DNA from: Octopus vulgaris
Lineage: Eukaryota
Length of the DNA: 64,000 bases
Reading direction: 5' to 3'
NCBI GenBank assembly: GCA_951406725.2
Contig: OX597814.1
Span: 213,466,001-213,530,000, forward strand
In this document: positions 53,956-64,000 of the stretch, one piece after another
Layout: every line of letters begins with the position of its first letter
Numbering within the stretch: position 1 is the stretch's first letter
Notes under the pieces: generated by a model
Told to the model about the DNA's origin: nothing
Seen by the model: only the letters and a program-made list of their open reading frames with translations
Databases searched by the model: none
Translations under genes and position numbers: made by a program

Positions 53956-53984
53956 GATAACAACAACAACAACAACATCAAAAA

Positions 53985-54110
53985 TACCCCAAGAAGGCTG
54001 GAGGGTGTATCAGCCGAAACGTTGTGTTAACAACAAACAAGATGAGGACAAATATCCGTCAGCTGTAAATAATGTGCATAATTCCTCATCTCTTAAATAT
54101 AGAACTGTAG
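53985..54110 (+). mobile_element. Penelope-like 3' repeat with decayed hammerhead-like stem
   Basis: aagaaGGCTG-gagggtgtat-CAGCCgaaacg downstream of the GIY-YIG fragment. Confidence 0.45.
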
Positions 54111-54147
54111 TCTCTAATCTATATTTGTGTGTGTCTGCGTACATGCA

Positions 54148-54201
<54 letters not shown>

Positions 54202-54752
54202 CATGTATCTATTGAACAACTCACACACGCTCAAACACACGCACGCCATCTGTGCACATGCGTGCGTGCGCCTGTGTGTGTGCGCGCGCCTGTGTATGTG
54301 AGATAGGGTTGCTTCATGGAAAACATTCGAACGATTACGTTTGGGTCCTGTTCGTAAATCAAATCCAGATTACCACTGTTTTATGTTTCATCATATAATT
54401 ACATTAGTATCGTTTGACACTGAAACATTGTTTTGAACGAAATGAAGGAGACATTTCATAACTGTTTTCTATCACGCAAATGCACTGATGTAATATCTGT
54501 TATTTACATAACTGTAGAAGAAACTGAAACCTGTTCACTTGGCGTTCATTCATTACACTGGTTTACATGTATGAAAAATAATGCGCCATTGTTTTTTTAT
54601 TCCTTTTCATTACATCAGGTTGGCAAATTATGCAGAGACGTTACTTTTTCTCTCTTTGTATAACATAAGTAAATGATAAATTAAGATGCTTGCCTTATAT
54701 TAACTTAAATGTTAAATCTAATATATTTTTTCTTTATTTTCAGTCTGTGAAT

Positions 54753-55764
54753 ATGTCTAGAGGCTGCATCAATTCACCAGATATATTCTGCTATGTCTGC
54801 AGGCAATTCACCCCTTCAGATTCCCGGAGCAATATTTCTCCTTTATTCTTGTTGATGCGCTGCAATATTTCTCCTTTATTGTTGTTGAAGCGCTGCTGTT
54901 TAGCATAGCTTGGTTGCAAACTGAGAGACCAGGACAAGCCATTTGCACCCCACAAAGCTTGAAAGAGTTGCATCAGTCAGCTTCAAATGTGGTCAGTTGG
55001 AAAACTTAAACTTATGCCATTTGGAGTACCAATGGTACTAGGTCTTCAAGGGTGATACACTAAGTATCCCTGATATCTGTGTCTTTGGGATAGTAGCACA
55101 TACAGCCAGCACTATGAACAAAAAGACTGGCCACTAAGAACCAGTTTCTTACCCAGAAATCACAACGTGAAAACTGTGTCACTAGCTAACCCTCCTTGCC
55201 AAAACAAAATTCTGCTGCCACGAATCCACATCAAATTATGCTTATGAAACATTTTACGAAGGCCCTCAACAAGAATGGAGCTTCTTTCAAGTACCTGGAG
55301 TCAAAGTTTTCCCGTATAAGTGAAGGCAAGCTAAAAGCAAGAATCTTTGTTAGCCTTCAGATTCTGGAATTGATGAGGAACAAGCATTTTGAGGAAGCAT
55401 TAGCAGGTCTCGAAGTGAATACCTGGTTTTCCTTCAAGAAGAGTGTCCAAAACTTCTTGGGAAACAGCTGCTCCCCAGAATATGAAAAAAAGATCCAAGA
55501 CCTGATATCAAGTTCCCAACAACTTGGGTCTAGAATGAGTGTGAAGATGCATTTTTTGCACTCGCATCTCGACTATTTTCCCAAGAATTGTTGGGACTAC
55601 AGTGAGGAACAAAGAGAGTAGTTCCATCAAGATATTCGCACCATGTAAACTCGATACAAGGGCAAATGGACTGTCAGCATGATGGTGGATTATTGCTTGA
55701 CATTGAAACGGGATGTTCCCGATGGACAGCACATGCAGAAATCAAAGCGGTCCTCCTTCCTTTG
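54753..55764 (+). pseudogene. Chapaev-like (CMC superfamily) transposase relic
   Basis: MSRGCINSPDIFCYVC; MPFGVPMV; LMKHFTKAL...FKYLESKF; MSVKMHFLHSHLDYFP...SEEQRE*FHQDI; MMVDYC. Family assignment is from motif recall. Confidence 0.7.
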
Positions 55765-56499
55765 AATCAATACGTAGGCTAACCATTTGGAGAACATTTT
55801 TTATATTCATTTGATTTGATGTTGATAATTCTGGTTCATTTCATGATGAACGTGGTTCATTTCATTTTGATTTGGAAAACATGTTCTTAAAACTAACAGA
55901 ATGAGCTTTTCCGTGATTACTTGCTTCATTTTCATAAAGTAATGATTTATTAAAAATTCACAATTTTTATTATTATTAATTTGTATTTTATTCAACGTCC
56001 TTATGTGACAGAGCAAAACGATTTAGATATTTAACATATCTAAGAATATGTAGCGTCACATCCATGACGTAGCGTCACATAATAAAGGAAAAACTTCCCA
56101 AATGCAGACCAGAGTTATAGCCTGGTATACTAACATGAAATACTAAACGCAGTCGAACGAATATAAAGACACTGAACAAGCAGTTCTACTTAGTTAATCT
56201 AATAAGTTACTGAATATATTCTACACTCACATTCATTTCTTCTACATTGTATTTTTCTATATCTAAAATCCTTTCAATGTTTTTGAAAATTTAGCTGTTA
56301 TGATATGTGAACCCAGTTTAGCAGCCTGAAGTTTTTACATATTTCTCAGTTAAATCATTTAGCTGACGCAACCCACAGTATTTCAGACCAATTTCATAGA
56401 GAAAGACTATATTCAATTAGCATTCTCTATCTGTAATAGTTATTTCACCCATAACTATACACGTATATCCTCATCAATATTTTTCTGAGTAGATTTTTT

Positions 56500-57148
56500 G
56501 GATCTTTTCCTTTTGAACGGCAGATGTCAACACAATTTCTAGTTAACTAAACACTTTTAAACTTCGTATACTGGTAGAATGTGTTTATAAAACATCATTT
56601 TCTCTCGGTTTTACTGAGAAAATTCTATAGTTTGTAAGATATTCCGTCTGAAAATCCGAGCATTTCGGCAATTTTAACCAATCGATTACCTCCATTCAAC
56701 TAAAATCATTTGCTGCGTCTAAAACTGAGACGACATCCTATAACTAACCCTAAACCTCCCCCCTAACCCAAACCCTAACCCTTTTTTTTTTCTTAATTGT
56801 TAAATTAATTTAATTCCATTGCTTTAGTTTTTTTACACGCGTAACAATTAAATTAATTTAACAATTAAGAAAAAAAATTAGGGTTTGGGTTAGGGGGGAG
56901 GTTTAGGGTTAGTTACAGGATGTTGTCTCAGTTTTAGACCCAGCAAATGATTTTAGCTCAAAAGAGAGCATAGGATTGGTTAAAATTCGAAAAATTAAAT
57001 TACGTTAAACAAACATATTACAATTTTCTCAAGAAAGCCAAGAGAAAGAAATGTTTTATTTTGACACATTCTACCAGTATACAAAGTTTAAAAGTGTTTA
57101 GTTAACTAGAAATCGTGTTGACATCTGCCGTTCAAAAGGAAAAGATCC
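56500..57148. mobile_element. Palindromic MITE, GG...CC ends, 8-bp TSD (Merlin-like)
   Basis: TIR ggatcttttccttttgaacggcagatgtcaacac... at both ends, with symmetry extending nearly to the centre; TSD gatttttt at 56492-56499 and 57149-57156. Confidence 0.9.
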
Positions 57149-57504
57149 GATTTTTTACATCTTCCAGATATTATTCTAGTGAAATTTCTATGTATACTGA
57201 TAGAAATCAATATGTTGACAAAATATCAAAGTAGACTGAAGTGATACATTGCGGCGGTCACTGCCCTTAAGTATAATAAATCAGTAAATGAGTAATTGAA
57301 AAGATAATAATACAAGACTTGAGTATTTCCATATACTCCGGTAGTATGTTACATTCTGCTTAACAATATTCACATTTAAGTTGATTATATCTTATACTAA
57401 ACACACAAACAATAAATGTAATAAGCTTATATAAAATAAAAATTAGTATAATGTATCCTAAGACATCAAAGCGTAAACTAAGCTAACAGCTGCCCAGCAT
57501 ATTC

Positions 57505-57921
57505 TTTACTCTTTTACTCTTTTACTTGTTTCAGTCATTTGAGTGCGGCCATGCTGGAGCACCGCCTTTAGTCGAGCAAATCGACCCCGGGACTTATTCT
57601 TTGTAAGCCCAGTACTTATTCTATCGGTCTCTTTTGCCGAACCGATAAGTGACGGGGACGTAAACACACCAGCATCGGTTGTAAAGCAATGCTAGGGGGA
57701 CAAACACAGACATACAAACATATACACACACACTTATATATATATACATATATACGACGGGCTTCTTTCAGTTTCCGTCTACCAAATCCACTCACAAGGC
57801 ATTGGTCGGCCCGGGGCTATAGCAGAAGACACTTGCCCAAGATGCCACGCAGTGGGACTGAAACCGGAACCATGTGGTTGGTTAGCAAGCTACTTACCAC
57901 ACAGCCACTCCTGCGCCTATA
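57505..57921 (-). mobile_element. SINE family C, full length
   Basis: Closely similar to 21637-22025; (gtaaaaga)n tail. Confidence 0.9.
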
Positions 57922-58916
57922 TTGAAAATTTATTATTAAAAAGAGTAGATATTCGCCGTCGTTTTGTTGTATAGGTGGTTCCTTTATTTTATCTCCAGGA
58001 TGTATTTTTGCATATTTATTGTAATGTCCGTTCCTGATATCTCTTAAAATTACTTATAATATTTTTCTGTATCTGATTTTATCTTTTTGTACCCTTGTTT
58101 ACCACGGTCTTTGGTTCAAATAACAACACCGTGTTAAATGAACCAGAGATAAATAATAGGACATATAGGAAAGATTGGTTTCGCTTCGAGTTCCAAAGTT
58201 GATGTTGATGTGAGCATTGTATATTGTCAGTGGAGGGCGCTTTGATAGATTGCCGACCAGTGTTACCACTCATCAATAATAGGATCAATGATGAATGAAC
58301 TAACAACAAACAAGAATTGATGTATAACATTTGCTTTCTTTTTTCCGTTCTTCAGATTGTCTAAAGTGTGTATATGGTTCCAGAATGTTCTGTTTATAGC
58401 ATGGCGGTGAAGAAATTTCGTGTTCGAAGTTTTACCTCATTCGGATTGTCATCGAGTCCAAATCTTTGTTATAGAATTGGTAGATTACAGAGGGAAATGG
58501 CTTGCAGAATTTACTTAAAGCCTTTTATAATATAGGTTTAAATCAGGTCATAGTTGGCTTTAAGCTTCATCATTTCGGGATCTATAAATTAAGTACTCGT
58601 CAAGCACTCTGATAGAAATAATAATTGACTTGTTTATCCTCCAAAATTTGCAGCATTAAGCTTAAATCAGAAACCAGTATTATTGATTGATTGGCAGCGG
58701 TAGAATTGCAAATATTAACACTTTCACTAGCTAAAAACAACCACAACAACGGGAGCATCCATGAAAAACACATACATCATAAAGAAAATGGTATAATTTA
58801 CTACTGTTGCAGGCCACGTGTTAATATGAAAATGAGCTTGCTTCCAAATTTTGTACAAGTTGGCTATATACTGATACTCATATAATGGAGCCTACTTGTG
58901 TAATTATATATAAATA

Positions 58917-59299
58917 TGGAAGCACTCCGTTGGTTACGACGACGAGGGTTCCGGTTGATCCGATCAACGGAACGGCCTACTCGTGAAATAAACGTGTAAG
59001 TGGCTGAGCACTCCACAGACACGTGCACCCTTAACACAGTTCTCGGGGATATTCAGCGTGACACAGAGAGTGACAAGGCCGGCCCTTTGAAATACAGGTA
59101 CAACAGAAACAGGAAGTAAGAGTGAGAGAAAGTTGTGGTGAAAGAGTACAGCAGAGATCACCACCATCCCCTGCCGGAGCCTCGTGGAACTTTTAGGTGT
59201 TTTCGCTCAATAAACACTCACAACGCCCGGTCTGGGAATCGAAACCGCGATCCTATGACTGCGAGTCCGCTGCCCTAACCACTGGGCCATTGCGCCTCC
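58917..59299 (-). mobile_element. SINE family B, full length, alternative tail
   Basis: Nearly identical to 16945-17328; 11-bp TSD atatataaata (58906-58916 and 59300-59310). Confidence 0.92.
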
Positions 59300-59508
59300 A
59301 TATATAAATAACACCGTATAACACAATTTTTGTACTTGAGTAGCAGCTGTTATTTCTTATCTTCTTACTCCTAGAAAGTATGCAAAATGGCTAATATTAC
59401 CTTCGATCTTTGCTTTTCTTACATTTATTCAAACCCCTCAAAAATCCTTCTCAACACATAGCTATGAAGCTTCCCCTGTACTCCTGCCGATGATCAGAGA
59501 TACACTCC

Positions 59509-59915
59509 ATAGGCGTAGGAGTGGCTGTGAGGTAAGTAGCTTGCTTACGAACCACATGGTTCCGGGTTCAGTCCCACTGCGTGGCACCTTGGGCGAGTGT
59601 CTTCTACTATAGCCTCGGGCCGACCAAAGCCTTGTGAGTGGATTTGGTAGACGGAAACTGAAAGAAGCCCGTTGTATATATGTATATATATATGTGTGTG
59701 TGTGTTTGTGTGTTGTGTTTGTCCCCACCAACATCGCTTGACAACCGATGCTGGTGTGTTTACGTCCCTGTAACTTATCGGTTCGGCAAAAGAGACCGAT
59801 AGAATAAGTACTAGGCTTTCAAAGAATAAGTCCTGGAGTCGATTTCCTCGACTAAAGGGCGGTGCTCCAGCATGGCCACAGTCAAATGACTGAAACAAGT
59901 AAATGAGTAAATGAG
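59509..59915 (+). mobile_element. SINE family C, full length
   Basis: ataggcgtaggagtggctgtg...gactgaaacaagtaaatgagtaaatgag. Confidence 0.9.
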
Positions 59916-60436
59916 AATATTGTCAGCAAGTAAGGGATACACTCGAATGGTTAAGGTCAAGTAACTGACAAGCAAATCTGTGGTACTGAGCAGAATATTT
60001 GCTATAATGATATTTCTACTTCAGCAACTCATCACTGAATCTATCTGAAATGTAATAGAAAATAAGTGAGTTTCAAAGCATTGCTGTCCATGTCACAAAA
60101 GCAAAGTTTGAAGGGGATGGTAGTCATTTCCTTTGATTTCTTGATAGAAGCAAATAAAAAATAACACTTACTGACCAAAGACAAAAAGAAATTTGTTACT
60201 CAGTGTAATTAGAATATAATGAGTAAGTCTGAAATCATATTCAAATATGACGTATTTCTCGTTTCGTGTAGCACTAGAAAGAATTCTTTAGCATAAATAT
60301 TTGTAAAATAAGAGAGAGAAGAGGGTAATCTTTCTAATTTTGAATACTGAAAGCCAGTAATCGAATAAGTGACGTCTTTGTAAGCCAGGGGGCGCAATTG
60401 TGCAGCCCTCTCTGCATGAAACTGCCACTTCAACGA

Positions 60437-60627
60437 AAGATGACGAGCTGACAGAACCGTTAGCATGCGGGCAAAATGCTTAGAGTTCAAATTCCTCCGA
60501 GGTCGAGTTTGCTTTTCATCCTTTCAGAGTCTATAAAATACGTACCAGTTGAATACTGGGGTTGATGAAATCGACTTAAGCTCTTCCCCCAATTTTCTGG
60601 CCTTGTGCCAAATTTTGTAGCCAGTAT
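60437..60627 (+). mobile_element. SINE family A (older tail type), diverged
   Basis: gagctgacagaaccgttagc...gagttcaaattc...ttttcatcctttc...ccttgtgccaaa. Confidence 0.75.
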
Positions 60628-61639
60628 AGGTGGTACTTTAGTTCATTGAATGTTAGATGTAATTCTAGATCTATCTTATCGTTATTCAGGATTCTTAAAA
60701 GCATGTGAATATGTTTTAAAAATAACTCTTAGAAAATCCGATATCTCCTACATTCTCTGTTCATAAATATAACATGAATTTGAATATTAAAAATATGTTG
60801 TATTCATTCAGTAATTCTTGTAATATTAACTTCGCGGCGACCATAGCAAGATTTTGAAAAAACCTAGATCAAACGCAGCTGTTTTAATGCTAATTGCCAT
60901 TTCGCTTATCTCGTTGGTGTTTATATCTTTCCACTGATAACATGTAAGAAACTTATAAGTGCATGTGTACGCACAGGCACGCTTATGCAGAAAGACATGT
61001 ATATATGCGTTTGCGAATTACTGAGTGTCTACGTGCGGGTGCATGAATTATTGCATAGTTATGTCGAAGACAGCATAATTAAGAAAACTTGAATTATGTA
61101 TAATGTAGATTATTCTACACTTATTTCAAAATATTAGTTACGTTATACATGTTTTCAAGTATTCTGAGTCATGGTCTGTTTTTATATAAATAATGTTATT
61201 TAATTTACCATCTGTTGTGTAAACATCCATCCGCACACAACTCTGAAAGGCTGTTAATGGTGCACCTTGGTACATTTTTTTGCTATATATTGGGATGTAG
61301 TTTCAAAATTATCTGAATAACCAAAGAATAGTGGGAGATTTATGATAAGCGAAATTAATACAGAATAGATCTGTGAGATTACCACACAGATTGAAGTCCT
61401 GCATTAATGTTTCCAGAGCTGCATTGCTAGAAACAAAACCTATTTGTAATACCTAATATTCAATTTTATTTAATCATTCCAATTATGAATGTTTAATAAT
61501 TGAATGATATGAGTTAAAATCGCCTTTTTTCTTCAACATTTGTCTATTTATTAGCGAAGTCCCATATAGAATGAGTTTTTGTTTCAATCTTGGAATTAAA
61601 TGGTTTTGATTTACGGTCAGGTGACTTTGGGCCAACCCT

Positions 61640-61694
<55 letters not shown>

Positions 61695-62355
61695 CAAACA
61701 CACACACACACACACAGATATGTATGTATTGTATGTAAGATATTACTTGACACAATAGAACACTTTTAGACGCTGTTTAAACTCTGCACAAATGAATAAA
61801 GTGCGCATTTAAATACACCACCCTAATACTTGTGCATACACGCAACACAAGCATACAGCGATATCGTGAAAAACTCAATATCATTTTTTTCAAACTTCAC
61901 CTTGCTAGTTCTTTTCCTTCCTTGAGCCCTTCCTCTCCCACTCTTCTCCTATACTTCTCTTCTCTTTTTCTGGCTTTCTTTTCCTCTATTCACATTTATC
62001 TCATTCTCACTCTCATTTATCCTCACGTGACCGAGATTTGATTTTGTCTGCAGTTTCGGTCTTTGTATCCCACTCCATTGCTTTCATTTTACCTCAGATC
62101 TGCCAAGTCAAACAGACGTCTTAAATTCGTTATCACAGATAATTTTCACTTTGACTAAAGATATCAACCGAAACGTTAGATTCTCTCCGGTCTCTTCCAT
62201 TCGCCTATTTATCGTCATTGTTACAGATTTTTGTTTGTTGATTTATTCATTTTGCATTTCTGCAATTTTTTCAGTTATATGTTTTCGTTTCCTGACTCCA
62301 TGCATTATTTTGTTTCTCGCAATATTTGCATCACAAACTTACTTGTGCTTTCTGA

Positions 62356-62408
<53 letters not shown>

Positions 62409-62613
62409 AGAGAGAGAGAGAGGGAGATAGATAGATACATACATATAAACATACATACATAGACATAAACTTGTATATATATAATATTATATTTTATATA
62501 TATATATATATATAATTTCAACAATTGAGGGTAAAATTAATTAATTATTAATCAATTTCACCAAGTGTTCAGTATGCAAAGGGACCATTTAAGGCGAATT
62601 CAAATTATTACAT

Positions 62614-62853
62614 TATATAAAAGGGCTTAGTAAAATAAATTACTTCGCCGCATACTGAACTCATTAGAAATAGCAGCTAAAAAACTTTTTTAAAGCTATT
62701 TCTAATACTTAAAGAAAATCTCTCTCATATATAGCTATATGAGAGAGATTTTCTTTAAGTATTAGAAATAGCTTTTAAAAAAGTTTTTAGCTGCTATTTC
62801 TAATGAGTTCAGTATGCGGCGAAGTAATTTATTTTACTAAGCCCTTTTATATA
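62614..62853. repeat. Near-perfect ~240-bp palindrome with no loop
   Basis: tatataaaagggcttag...gagagag arms mirror around tatag|ctata (62734/62735) with only small indels. Confidence 0.95.
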
Positions 62854-63296
<443 letters not shown>

Positions 63297-64000
63297 TATG
63301 CGTGTGTAAGTGTGAGGAGAGTCTAATTCGTAGAACAGTTACATTATCTGGTAAAATATATTCTAGTGTTTGTTTCAATTGTCTGATTATAAATTCAAAT
63401 CACACCTATATTTAAGCATTTCAGCTACTAAGTTTAATGTTATTGATGTGCCTTGTGTTGATGCACTACCACCTCTCACTGCAAAGAATACCGGTGTTGA
63501 TGATCCAAATAACAAAACAAAAAAACGGTGATAATCCAAGATCCTTAAGCAAGTACCTATATATTGCAACTGAACATTTTCAGACTGAACACAGTAGAGA
63601 ACGTAAAGATATTTTAAGGCCTGTGCACTCCCTATGACAACGATTGTATACTTACATACATAAATACATACATACACACACAAACATATATATACATACA
63701 TATACACGTATACGTGTGTGTATGTATACATGTATTACGTAGATATGCATATGTGTGTGTGAAGAAAATGGTTACAGTTGTTATATTACCAAATGGGATG
63801 GGGCGCAATGTAAATCTAATAAGGTTTTTAACGTAAACATCTAGATGACATTGGAAATTTATCGTCCAAAGAAGATGACTTACACCAACATGTTGGGAAT
63901 ACACGCATACATACATACATACATACATACGTACATACATACATACATACATACATACATACATACATGCATACTTACATACATACATACATACATACAT

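Noticed and set aside
56745-56912. Interstitial telomere or chromosome fusion site
   Set aside because: Only a few degenerate units, arranged symmetrically inside a TSD-flanked MITE.

Overview
Eukaryotic, AT-rich, repeat-saturated genomic window with a 100-N assembly gap at 4766-4865. The tRNA-derived SINE families and the (TA)n/(TACA)n/(TAA)n microsatellite load suggest an octopod cephalopod (inference, no search run). I recognise no intact host protein-coding gene; most ORFs in the track are microsatellite read-throughs. The window holds decayed mobile elements: R4/Dong-like RLE LINEs (including a ~10 kb pile-up at 31.9-41.9 kb), RTE-, Tx1- and Penelope-like fragments, at least 4 SINE families, mariner, Tc1, pogo/Tigger and Chapaev-like relics, Helitron pieces and MITEs. 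Most notable: (1) two SINE-LINE 3'-tail partnerships visible within the window; (2) SINE concatemers of a 184-bp unit with the same junction at two loci; (3) an R4/Dong-like lineage associated with (CATA)n rather than (TAA)n; (4) a 5' U2 snRNA fragment with a 7-bp duplication inserted in a LINE endonuclease domain; (5) a near-canonical minimal hammerhead ribozyme; (6) fold-back palindromes inside (TA)n tracts. Boundaries of decayed elements are approximate, and family assignments rest on motif recognition by eye.
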